This document shows, in pieces, positions 12,731 through 24,659 of a stretch of 64,000 nucleotides of DNA. How positions within the stretch are numbered: the first letter of the stretch is position 1; each line of letters begins with the position of its first letter. The position numbers and the translations under genes were made by a program. This DNA is from Takakia lepidozioides. Lineage: Eukaryota; Plantae; Bryophyta. The stretch spans positions 18,786,001 to 18,850,000 of the forward strand of contig CM060733.1 of assembly GCA_030704615.1 (NCBI GenBank). The letters are read 5' to 3'. Below the pieces are notes generated by a model. The model was given only the letters and a program-made list of their open reading frames with translations. It was not told the DNA's origin and made no database searches.

Positions 12731-15700
12731 ATGGAGGCAAAAATAGGTGACATCACTCTTCTGTTCAATAAGTTCAAAGCTGCGTATACCAAGAATGACT
12801 ATGAAACCAGCTCCAACTTGCTTTCTCAACTAAAGGTTCTCATCACGACTGATCTCCTAAGCGGTAGCCCTCGTAATGTATGTGTGTTTCACCTAGGGTT
12901 CTGGGTGAATTGTTGACAATTGCCAATAAATCGAGGGTTTCAAGTTCGTGCGTCAAGAGGTGAGAAAGTAACAAAAGAAGCGATTGAAACAAGCCGCCGG
13001 ATCAGTTAAGGGAGGTGCCTTTGACTTATGTTTTGGGGGACTTTAGTTGGACGATCTCGCAATAACGGCCGAACCTGCTAAATCATAGGATGTATTTGCG
13101 CAAGAAATGAGACAGGGAGCCATTACTGCAGAGCTCGAATTGATGCCAGTGTTCCAGCCATTAGTTAACCTTGGATTGAATCCAAGGGTGACTGTTTTGG
13201 AGCAATAGATCGAGGGTTTATGGTGTTGTAACACGTTTGTTTCTTTATCTCGGTTTAGGCGTATTGTGAGGCAATTAGACTGGCATGCAGAGGTACTACA
13301 TTTAGTTCCTGAACAGGCACTCAGCTAAGCTGCCAATCGTGTACGGGAGCTGTGTTGGTGATGTGAGGTGGTTGTGTGAGTAGAATGGGCAAAGCCTACA
13401 AAGTTATATGGCTTTCAACTACCCGCTCGATCTGCGCAGAGCGCTGTGGTGATCGAGTAGGAGCAACTTTAGAGAATTTGAGATCATTCCTGGTTACATC
13501 ACAGGTGAAGTTAACCGAGTTGCCAGCTCTGCCGCCTCTATTCAAGACGACACATACTGCCGAGCAGGAGCTTCTTCTTGCAAGTAAGATTTTCCCCAAT
13601 GTTTTCTCTCTGGGGTTATTTCACTGCTGTGAAGGTGTGGAAATTTTGGACTTATGCAGTATTTGAAATACTCCCATGTTATGTGGCAAAAAGGTGTAAA
13701 TTGTGACCGCGCCTTTTACAAGGACTTCATTGTGTGCAGGGGACATATTTGAGCATGCGGTGGTTCTGAGTGTGAAGATGGAAGATCAGGATGCCTTTGA
13801 GCGGCACTTCCTACAGCTGAAGTCTTATTACACCGACACAAGGTAAGATTTCAGCACTCACTAGGTTGCACTCCGCCAAAGAGGTAGATATACAATTGGA
13901 AATGGTTCCCTTGCTCAATCCCTACTCTCCTTATCTACTACAGTATATGCAGTACCACATGCTGTAATGTGCTGGTCAGAGGAGTGCTGCTTTCCACAAC
14001 CTCATGGCCAGTTTACCATATTTTCAGACCTTGGTGACCACGGTCGTTCAAGGAGGTCTAATACTATGCCCTTTGGACACACAGCAAGGATTCAAGGGCA
14101 GAGTCAATGTGTAGATCTCTGTTTTTTGTCCTTGACTGAGCAGGGTGAAATCATTACAAGTCCCCTCTGCTCTAGCCAAAGAGTGGCAAGAGATCGTGAA
14201 CCAGATTTGTTGAACTCGTGATCACTGTCCAAAAATTTGCAATTTCTACCCAATTTTAACTTAATATGATTTTCATTGAAGAATCTGGGATGAATGCAGA
14301 GGTCTTATTCCTGCGTCGGAACAGGAATATCCAATTCTAGGGCTTAACCTGCTGCGGCTGCTGGTCCAGAACAGAATTGCTGAGTTCCACACAGGTGCAA
14401 AACCAGACCTTGAAACTACATTGTGTTGGATCAATTCTCTATTAATCCAGATGAGACTCTTAGCATCTGGTCCGCATTGTGCTTCTGACACAGTATATCC
14501 TATTTTCTGTACTATTCTATTTTTCAGGTGCACACTCACCTGATGTAAGGGGGTAGCAGACACTGCTACCTGCTTGTCATACAATATCCATTGCCAGGCA
14601 GATGCACATGATTCCAACTCAAAGCTCTGTATGTGTGTGGATCCCACCAAATGGCCCTGTAAAGTGCAGTTACTTGTACTGTAGCATTGGTATGGGGTAG
14701 ACCATGTGTTCTTCATATACTGTTTGCGCACCCTATACAACTGTCGTTGTGAGCAAGCCTATTCATTCAAACAAGCAAAGGCCTGCCTGGCCAACCCCTT
14801 GGAATTAGTTTCCAATTTCGAATTTGTATGAGTGTCTTGGATGCAGATTATCAGTAGAATATGAGTCATGCTTAATTTCTGTATGCAAGTGGCTCACAGA
14901 GCTGGAGCTTCTTGCCCCAGAGGCATATGAGAATGTCTGCATAAAGCATGCCATAGAGCTGGAGCAGTCATTTATGGAGGGGGCCTACAATCGTGTGCTA
15001 AGTGCGCGACAAGCTGTTCCTCATGACACCTATGTCTACTTCATGGATCTTCTTGCCCAGACTGTGCGGTACTCTATTTGCTCCCTTAACTGAGTGTTGG
15101 CCAGGCTATTATGGAAGGTTATATAAGTGCAATCTTCTATGTGATCATGGCAGAAAATGAGTGGACATTTAATGCTGAAATTCTTGGTTGCTGGGGTTTC
15201 TTAACCATTGATTATATGTGCAGTCACCAAGGTACCATCTTATTGGCATGAACTGTTTTTGCCATGTTATGTAATGACTGATTGATGGCTGCTGCTTTTG
15301 ACAGACATGATTGTGTGTCCATATCACATTTGTGACTTTTTACAGTACATCAGGGGGCAGATGGTAATGATGCTGAATTGATTCACCAGTAAAAATTCAT
15401 TGCATGTAGCTGACTGACTACAAACCTTGTGGAGAAGGCTTCTTACTTCCTTGTGGACTGTTTCTAGGGATGAAATTGCAGGCTGCAGTGAGAAGGCATA
15501 TGATTCGTTATCATTGAATGATGCAAAGAAAATCTTTATGTTCTCTTCTGATCGGGAGTTGCAGACATACGTGGCGGATGTAAGCACTTTTGTCCTCTCC
15601 AGTTTTCATGTGTGATGTTTCTCTTTCTCTTGCTCTCTTTCCTGACAGTGGAAGGAACCTCAGCCAGATTTGTCACAGCTGTTGAAATCTAGACGGGTAA

Positions 15701-16117
15701 AGGTGCAGTGCTGTGCTTTCTACTATGGCAACACAAATCAACGCACAATCCTCATAACAAGATTTCCTTCGTCAGTTTGCCCCCCCCCCCCTCTCTCTCT
15801 CTCTTTCCAAGGTTAATCTTGCTACCGGCGTCAGCCCGTAGGTTCCGTCCCTTTGTGTTCCCTCAAACTGGGCACGGGGTCAATGGCCACAAGGCTACTG
15901 CAAACAACGTCTTATGAGTGCTTTCTGGACAACTCCTATTTGGCTGACTAGCAGGTGAGGTTTGGGGGGTTGGCAGGATCATCCTGACTGGGAGATTCGC
16001 AGCGGCAGTGTCTATTTCCAAAAAGTGAAGGAGCTTGCGCCCTGTAGAGAGATCCCCTCCGTGCAATTGATAAACCAAACACTAGGCTATGCAAGAGAAT
16101 TGGAGCGCATTGTTTAG
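12731..16117 (+). CDS. RPN12: 26S proteasome regulatory subunit RPN12 (PSMD8), 7 exons, 267 aa
   Basis: Exons: 12731-12835, 13505-13583, 13740-13842, 14300-14394, 14900-15068, 15468-15579, 15977-16117 (sum 804 nt). Motifs LGLNLLRLLVQNRIAEFHTELE, LEQSFMEGAYNRVL and C-terminal YARELERIV*. Confidence 0.95.
15808..15921 (+). mobile_element. 5'-truncated 3' end of the RTEX-like LINE inside RPN12 intron 6, preceded by a C/(CT)n tract
   Basis: CGTCAGCCC...GTCCCTT matches 41638-41670. GGGTCAATGGCCACAAGGCTA...CGTCTTATGAGT matches the reverse complement of 62183-62290 and 63871-63937. Confidence 0.75.
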
Positions 16118-17248
16118 GAGCACTGCACTGCAGTGCACTCCTCATTGGCTTAAAGTTGAACTAGTGTGGTTATAATGGATAATGCAATTTCTTGTCATCC
16201 TTTGAGGACAACATTCTCATGGGTCAATTTCATACTTCCCAAGAATAAAATCCACATTGGCAGCTGCAAACATGTGCACTGGTTGTAAATTTCAGCTTGC
16301 TGGAAAGGGAAGGATTCCCCTAGTGAACTGAACTGCCAATGCATGATTGCAAACAGAGCTAGTTTGACATCAGTGAAGAACATCTTAGAGAAAGCTTATA
16401 CATCATGACTCTCATCTGCTTAGCTGCTTAGCTTATATAAGCTGCCTCTCTTAGCTTAGAGAAAGCTCTGTTCAAGTTTTCAAACTGTATTACCAGAGCA
16501 GGTATCCAAAGCCAGAGTGTCCACACTTCAGAGACATGTCTTGATGTAATGGTTGTTTGTGTATCAATCTCACACATTTCCAGTATGCCAAGTACAGTAT
16601 GGCACAGTTACACAGTATGGCAAGCCAGTTATCCAAGTCTTGTGCACACCAGGTTACTCACATAGGTGGGTCTCTCTCCCTCTGCACCATACATACAAAC
16701 AACCATGTCAATGTCGGAAATAGCCGACACAAGAGACACTGTAACGGACCAACAAATTCACCTTCAGTAGCCAAAAATCCAGTCGAGTCTAAGTTTCTTC
16801 TAATGCATTGCTGTAGTTCTTTCGCTCAACTAAGAATAGAACGGAGCTGCCCGGATGCAGCACATCTGTGCATCTGTGTGAACTTATTAAGCTACCCATA
16901 ATCTCACCATTGCGGCCCTTTAGGTCTTTGCTTTTGGTCTGCAAGACGGGTCTTCTCCGGTTTAATATAGGGCTTATAACGGTTAGCTACAACGTGGTGG
17001 CTACAATGGATGACAAATGGAAGCTAACGGGTGGATGAAATGCGTAGATGATGGATGAGCACCGCTTATTGCCAACAGGCCGGCCCTGACCCCTGACCTG
17101 GAGTTGTTGTAGAAGCGTGAGGGTGGAGCAGTAGAGAGGCATAGCGTAGCCGAGTAGCTGTTCCTTGGCTCTGCGACTCTGAAACCCCAGATTTTGTTGT
17201 ACCCCTGTGGAGAAGACGACCGTAGCGATTGTGAGAACAGACGGCTCC

Positions 17249-17350
17249 ATGTGCTCGCATCATCGGCCGTCTGCCGGGATCATCTGGTTGCTGGAGGCAT
17301 TCTTGATTGTTTGTTTGCTGTTAGTTGTGTGTTCGAGCGGCTGCCTCTAA
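17249..17350 (+). promoter_or_regulatory. Candidate uORF (33 aa, MCSHHRPSAGIIWLLEAFLIVCLLLVVCSSGCL*) whose TAA overlaps the cyclin L1 ATG (TAATG)
   Basis: ATG at 17249, open frame to TAA 17348-17350; A17350 is the A of the cyclin ATG. Transcription of this stretch is not shown. Confidence 0.4.
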
Positions 17351-20287
17351 TGATTTACACCGCTCTAGACACCTTCTATGTCTCCAGCGAGCAAATTGTT
17401 AATTCTCCTTCAAGGAAAGATGGCGTTGACGAGAAGACAGAAACGGTCTTGCGCCACTATGGCTGCGAGCTGATCCAGGAAAGCGGCATCTTGTTGAAAA
17501 TGTATCCTTCCATAAGTAGTCGTACTTCGGGAAAAAAATTCATGAAGGAAGAGGTTTTTTATCATCTATGCTGTAGTGTGTAGGCAGCGCGTTCGGGAAG
17601 AGTGAAGTGTAGCTTCGGAACATGGTGGTCCTGGTGATCGTTTAGGGTATCGGGATGAGCTTTCTCCTTGACGGAACTTTCTCAGGCCTCAAGCGGTCAT
17701 GGCAACAGGGCAAGTACTTTTCCATCGTTTTTATTGCAAGAAGTCGTTTGCGCGGTTCAATGTGAAGGTGCGTCCTCGTCTCGTTGAGATACTTGAGATG
17801 CTCGTGGTTTTGTAGTAGCATTGCGTTCATAGTTCTACTTCCTTGTCTCGCACCTTAGTCTGATGATTGTGGTATCGCTCATGCAGAGGGTGGCGGCAAG
17901 CTGTGTCTGGTTAGCTGCAAAGCTTGAAGAAAGCCCGCGGAAGATTCGGGAGGTCTTACAAGTGTTCAATCGAGTGGAGCGCAGGCGTGAAAACGCACCT
18001 CTTCACCTCTTGGAATTAACCACTCAGGTTGGTTCTCCCGGATTGCCACGTATATTTGTTGCATTCCGAAGCTAACTTTAAAGATAGCTTACACTGTGCG
18101 TGGTTTAACAGAAGTACGAAGAGATGAAGACCGATTTGATTAGAACGGAGAGGCATCTTCTGAAGGAAATGGGATTTATATGTCATGTGGAACATCCTCA
18201 CAAGTTCATCATGAGCTATTTGAAGGTGCTGGAGGCACCAGAACAGCTCATGCAGGTGGCTTGGAATCTTGCCAATGACAGGTAACTGTGCAGACTTAGT
18301 CATTGAATGTATTGAACATTATATTAGAGTAGAGTTTCCTGAAGGACACTGTCCCAACACTTCAGAGTCTATCACCCCATCATCTAGAGAAGCCTAGGAC
18401 AGCTCTGTCTGAAGGAGGTAGGGTTCCTACTGACGGGAACTTACCGACACTGTTCACGTCGTGCAAGTGCAAAGTTGTATCAATTTGGTACTGCAAAGTC
18501 AACACAAGCAAGGTGCCAATGTAGTTTTCCTAGTTTCATCTGCTGATGCTGAAAAGGCACCAGTTGTCCTAACAGACGTTCTCCTTTTTCTTGTATGCCT
18601 GCTTTTTTATCCTGCAGAAGCTGATGGTACATTGTCGTCGTTGCTGTAGCTTGCGAACAACACTCTGTGTCCGTTTCAAAAGTGAGGTGGTGGCATGCGG
18701 AGTTGTCTATGCTGCCACACGGCGATTCAAAGTGCCGCTTCCTGCTAACTGGTGGGGAGTATTCGATGCTAAATGGAGTGAAGTTAAGGAAGTTTGTCGA
18801 GTTCTTGCAAACCTGTATCGACAGCCAAAGGCTTCGTACATTGAAGTTGGAAGAGACTCCAAACCTTTTGTTTTAACAAGCAAAGCGTGGGATTTCCCCC
18901 CAGATGTACAGGCATGTTCTGATTCATGTGCCTTTATACTTTCTTACCATTGTAATGGGGGTTTAACAGAATGTCTGTCATTCAACCACAGGTTATGGTT
19001 TGGAATTACATTGTTGGTTATGCCTGTAAGGTCCTTAAAGTTTCTTGTTTTTGCAGGAAGGACTGTTGAAGAAAATTGTTAATGGAGCTGCCCCTGTTGA
19101 CCAGGTACTGATATCCATGACCTCTGATGGTGGGGTTGCGAAGGACCCTGCGTTAAAAGGGGCTTTAGACAAGTTGAAAAGCTCTGTGAAGGATTCGAGG
19201 AAGGAATTGGAAGAAGTTCAAGTTCTTCCTACTAACGGGGAGTTAAGGGATGATGCTTCAGCAGGGAAGGAAAAACCAGTTAATCATATTGAAGATGGAG
19301 CAGTGGACAAGAGTAGGGAAAAGGAGAGGGATAGGTCAAAGGTTCGCGAACGGGAGAGTGTACGAGTTTGGGATGCAGAAAGGGATAGAGAGCGTGGGAG
19401 GGCGCGCGAAAGGGAGCGGGATAGAGAAAGGATAAGAGAGAAAGAGCGGGAGCGAGAAAGTGCGAAAGATAAAGACTATCGCCGCAAGGAGAGGAGCAGG
19501 GACTCTGGTGAGCCTTGCAAGAATTGAAGCATATTTGTGGCTTTTGGCTAAATCTATGGAAATGCCATTTGCATAATCTTTTGTGCCAGCAGTAGTGATG
19601 CCTTGATGGTGCATGAAAGTTGAGAGGTCAATTTGTTAAGCATCTTCTTGCTGCTTCTTGTCATTCTTGATGAGGTTGGCTTGTCCCTACTTTAATGATA
19701 GGCCTGTGCTTTGTGCATTTCAGTGGATCTCACTGTTCTGCAGCTGCTGAACGGCCTTGGCTGCCAGTCCAGGAGCTTGGTCAAGCTTGTGTGTGGGAGG
19801 ATAAGTAGGTGACTGATATGTTGGCCTCAGCCTATAATAGCTTGAGGCATTTTCCCTAGGGATTGTCCCCTTTAGGCCGTTCAACAGCTGGGATCCTACA
19901 TAAGATACTCACAAACTACTATGGATTGAAGCAAGCTTGTCAATAATGTAAGTTTAGGATTTTACAGCCTGGATGTCGTTGTCACATTTGCAGGTCATCC
20001 CGAAAAACTGCGACATTACTCGGCATCTCGGGGTACTGTATCAGTATCTTTGGATTATAGCTAGGCTCTATGTTAGTGGGACAGATTATGTTATGTGAGT
20101 TACAGTACTGTTTTAGTACTTTGTTAACCACTTGTTAGCAATGGCTCTTACTTCTTGTTCACTTGGTAGCAACTGTATGGCTCATGATACTCACCTCTGT
20201 TTTGATTGGCCTACATTTTGTGCAGAGAGAGAGGTCCAGCTGGTTGTCCGAGAAAAGGAGCGGCATCGACATCATCCAAATGCCTGA
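17350..20287 (+). CDS. CYCL1: Cyclin L1 (MOS12-like) with RS/RE-rich C-terminus, 8 exons, ~452 aa
   Basis: Exons: 17350-17501, 17686-17767, 17887-18027, 18112-18281, 18650-18911, 19057-19507, 19994-20032, 20226-20287. Motifs MIYTALDTFY, PQAVMATGQVLFHRFY, LKEMGFICHVEHPHKF, AWNLANDSLRTTLCVRF, RE/RD repeats and terminal RHRHHP. Confidence 0.93.
17502..17685 (+). other. U12-type (minor spliceosome) GT-AG intron, cyclin L1 intron 1
   Basis: 5' splice site GTATCCTT; branch point TCCTTGAC at 17665-17672, 13 nt before the CAG acceptor. Removal restores ILLKM-PQAVMAT. Confidence 0.9.
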
Positions 20288-22983
20288 AGGAGCGCCACAC
20301 AGGAGTCGTGAGGGTGTTAATATGCTTCAGTGAAGATTTTAGTGCCATGTAGTCACAGCAAGGCATGCATGCATGCTTGACATCTCCTTAGGTTATGTTG
20401 CTACGTTGGTGACTAGCTGGAATACTGTTCCAGCTTGTATTCCTCTTCTTATCTCCATTGAGAGTTGCTTGTAGGATGAACTGATGTCCCCCAGCTTCAT
20501 CTGGCAGAAATGGCCTGACACAGAAATGGAACAAGGGCAGGAGAGGATTACCTGGCTACAAGCTTATGTGGCTGGATCTGTCGCCAACTTCACGGTCGGT
20601 TCCTGGACTCACGTTCAGTGTTATGGAGCGCTAGCTATGGGTGCTGAGTAGGATTGTTTGTTTATTATTGAACCATATTAAAAGTTCCCTACACGATTAC
20701 TGACATGCACTCTGGTTAGCATGTGAGATGCTCATTTATAACGTAGTTTCAGTGATGGAAGATGGGAAAGTATCTTGCATCCTTCGGTTACACTCATGTC
20801 CTGGCAAATAACAGGGGTGCCTTTGTGCAACTAAACATATGGTTTGTCACCCTCTACTAGTTTCTGAGAGCCGCAATGCATCTATCTTTGTGAAATCTGC
20901 TGTGATGGAAAATGTGTCAGCACGTTTCAAGATGCCCTGTAACTGTCTTTGTCCTTTTCCATGCATCTGAGGCTGAGTTATTAGATCCCTTTGTACCAGA
21001 TTGTATGATGTACTGAGCAGCCCTTACTGGTTTCTTGATTAGGTTGAGTTAGTAGTCCCTGTATTTCCCTTGTACTTCTGGAGGGGACAGTCACCTTACT
21101 AACCACAGATGTGCATGCATGTGCACGACACTGTAGCAGCCCCTCGTTCCAGCAAGAAGCACTATATGTGCTAACGAGGGACACCATGGCGTGTGCATCT
21201 TCTCTCCATCTAAGCTGGTGGTAAGTGCGGGCTCAATCAGTTTGTGCTGCATTTACACCGCTGCAGCAGGTATTCCTAACAGACCCCAAGCATAAGCTTT
21301 GGAGAAGGGGTATGTCCCCATCAATATGTTAGTGTGGGTGGGCTAGCCGCATGGGTGGGTGGCCATTTGTTTTTTGTTCCTGTCTCCTTCTGATTCATTC
21401 ATGAGGTGCGCTCAATCACCCCAAAAAGAGCAGTTTTCTGGGCTCAGCAAAGTTGGCATGCTGCTCTCTAAACCAGGCAAATGGCAACATTGAGACAATA
21501 CATATAAGCTGTACACGGAGATTTCAGCCTAGATCCATCTGGTCAAGTTACATTTTTATGTAGTTACACTTGTTCTCAAAAATTTGGGCCTGCTGGAACT
21601 TGATTTCTATTAAGTATTGTGCACTTGCAAATGTGTTGGTGCAAAGTGACAAGGTTGTGTGCGAAGGTTAGCGCAGCTTATGGCGGTTACAACTTGAAGC
21701 AACAGGTATGCAATGTTATTGTGTGTGAATATCATCTCGGAGTCAGATATTAAGGCACCATAGCTTCTTCAAGGAGTTTGGTGTCTCATGATAGCTTAGT
21801 GAAACCAAGTGTTGGTTCTGAAACCTCAAGCCAACCAATCGGTGATTCGAAGTTACTTTATGGAGATACAAAAGCTACAATTCTGCATAGGTTGTAGCTT
21901 GTAATGGAGGGCTCTGCTCCCTGTCTATCCAGTCCCAGATTCGTGCCTCAAAGTAGCTTAGTGCCTCAACGAAATGGGGTACCTGAGGGCACCTCTTTGG
22001 GAGGAGTTGGTGATCCTGGACAGTGATAGTACACTGTAACTACCTGACCCAAAGTCCTCGTCATCTAACTAGAGGCATTAGCTGTAGCCTGCGGTAGGCT
22101 TGTAGTACTGGCTTGAAGAGTCTGTTGGACGGCTGGGTTTCATGCTCAGTTGGTCAGTGGGTATCTCCCCTGGGCTCTATCATGTGCAAACTGAGCTCCA
22201 CTAGCAATGTAGTGAACTTGTGAATCTCCTACGCATTGCGCTGAAGTAATATAATTTAGGGATAGAAGCTGTTCACCATTTTACGATTCTAATTATGATG
22301 TTTCAGGTATGGCCCCATCTCATTTGGACGAAATTGAACTACGCTTATGGGAAAACCAGGTGTGAGTTGCACAGATGTTAGTTGTTGAGGCAGTGTTAGG
22401 TTTCCCTCTGGCTTTTCCGTGTTGTAAGGTATAGCAATTTGAGTGGACTATATATCATGTCATACCAGTATGAACGAGGTGGGCATGTAAGGAAGTCTTT
22501 TCAGAAAATGGAACTCAATTTGTGTTTGTCTTGGGATGCCGATGGCTAATCAAGAGATGAATTCTTCACTGTCTAATGTTTTCTGCATCTGTATTGTCTT
22601 CTCTCTTCTGGATCTTTGCGTGTGTCCACTCTCAGACCCTTGTCTTGGGGTATCTGTTCTTGTCTTCCTTGTTGTGCCTCGGTTTCTGTTTCCTTTTCTG
22701 TTTTTCAGGTTTGACTGGGACAATGGGAGAAGGAGCTTGACAAACCCCTGGCCAGAGACAGTGTGAAGAATGTGATTGGTAGAAACACTCGCGCATATGC
22801 AGATGTAGTGCAAAGTTTCTGAGATATTGCTTGCATGGAACTTGTCTTTGTGTGTGGATTGTTTGTTGAAATTGTGGCTAAAAGAGACGAAGTTTATGCA
22901 TGTCCATGTAACTGGTTTTTCAAATTGAAAAAGCTGGAAGGAGTGAGAATCATACCTCATTAGACATTATTGTGGCCTTCATG

Positions 22984-23020
22984 AGAATGTACTCATAAGA
23001 TGTTGTTTGCTGTAGCCTTC
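22984..23020 (-). mobile_element. Very short 3'-terminal remnant of the RTEX-like LINE
   Basis: AGAATGTACTCATAAGATGTTGTTTGCTGTAGCCTT matches 62180-62215 and 63871-63903. Confidence 0.6.
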
Positions 23021-24659
23021 ATGAGACAGGGAGAAAAAGAAAGAAGGCAACTTTCCACAGATGAACTGGCAGAAAGACTTGTGATCTAAGAGGTGGACAG
23101 TCATTCACAATGGCCTTGGATCTTTCTCTCCAGTGCTAGCATATATTTAGTGTGTGCATTGTGTGTAGTCCTGGTATTCACAGAGATCTTTTAATTCCCA
23201 TGCTATAATTTTTTTTTGTCAATTTTGCAGGCTCAATAGTGTTTCAGGGGACCTATACCTCAGAGAAAGAATCCAGCCATTATGGCCAAGATTGGCTGTC
23301 ACAGACTGAACCAGCACCTGACCGAAATCTAGCCTTCACAAGTGTCCCACTCTATACGATGTCACAGGTGGTGAAAAGGATCATGAGCTGCTTAGAACGT
23401 CTCTGATTTATATTGCTTTGGTGTCCTGTCTGTTTGTGTGGATGCAAGATCTAGGCTCAGCCAAGTTCTATTTATTTTCTTAAAAGTAGTTGGCACGCTC
23501 CTTACAGTTTTAGGTGTACCCATCGATGGGATTGCTCTGCGGAGCCTATGACGGCCCCAACACACTCAAAAGGTGCTTGCCTTAGAACCCATTTGACCGT
23601 GTTTCCTTGCCTACATTGAAAGGACCTTCTAGACAAGTCATATCAAGGTAGCATTGATGCGGCACGAAATTGCATCCTTTCAGGCGCGTTTAGCAGAGAA
23701 ACCAAGGGTTGAACTCCTGCTACTGCTCCAGCAAGTGGTATTGACTACCTAGCTAATATTTGCTTGGATGTTGGTGGTGGATGGGCTACGACAGTCGATG
23801 AGGGCCACAGTTTCTCCCATCATGAGCTGGGTTGGATTTATGTTAGTCAACCCTCTTGAGTACCACCCATGAGGAGTGGTTAGGGCCCAATGGCATGGTC
23901 TACACATGTTATATTTTCAGTTTGAATTAAACTATCAATCCCTGACAGGCACCCTGATTAGGAGCAGTCTAGGATCATCGGCTGATCTGATTAAGTAATG
24001 GTTGTGTAGAAGCCAGCTCTGTCTTTTCAGCTGGCCTGCTGAGATGCAGATATTCTTTCCTTGCTGCACCCCTTCCCTTTTAAGAAAACAGAAAGATCTA
24101 CCCCTCAACCACTTGTGCGCGCCAGGTAGTGTCTTGTGAGGCGGCCTGCGAGGTTCAAGAACTGCTAAGATGTCTTTTTTTTAAGGTAACAGATAAACCT
24201 AAGAGCATCTCCAGGTGGCCACACTATTTGCCCAGCAGTAGCTAAGTACCAGGAGTGGGGGAAAGGCGTCCCCACTCATGGGCCTGCACTTCAAATTCTC
24301 TGTAGGCCCTGCCTGTCTGGAATTGCTTGTGGAGGATATAGGTCTCTGCATTTGCCCGGTTAATACATTGCGTGATGCCAACATATAACATGTGCAGCAC
24401 AACCAACAACAAATATGCCGTGTCTGTCTGCCGAGCAATACTAAGCAAGGGACAATTTGATGGGAAGGAATGGGCTGAAAGTTTACCTGGGTGACACATT
24501 GTTGGAGTGTGACACCATGTGCAGCCCAACCAATGTTGTGGCTTGTGCGAGAGGAACAATACTATGCAAGGGATAATAATAATATACGACGACTCCCAAA
24601 AGTAGCGTAAATTATGGTGTCTAAATTATGGTGTCTCTTAACCCCGAAGGCCGACTGCC

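Noticed and set aside
15885-15930. Hammerhead ribozyme (CTTATGAG resembles CTGATGAG)
   Set aside because: The catalytic core is mismatched and there is no properly placed GAAA or stems; the sequence is explained as a LINE 3' end.
23680-23735. tRNA-like 3' end (GGTTGAACTCC...CCA)
   Set aside because: No cloverleaf, A-box or acceptor-stem pairing could be built.
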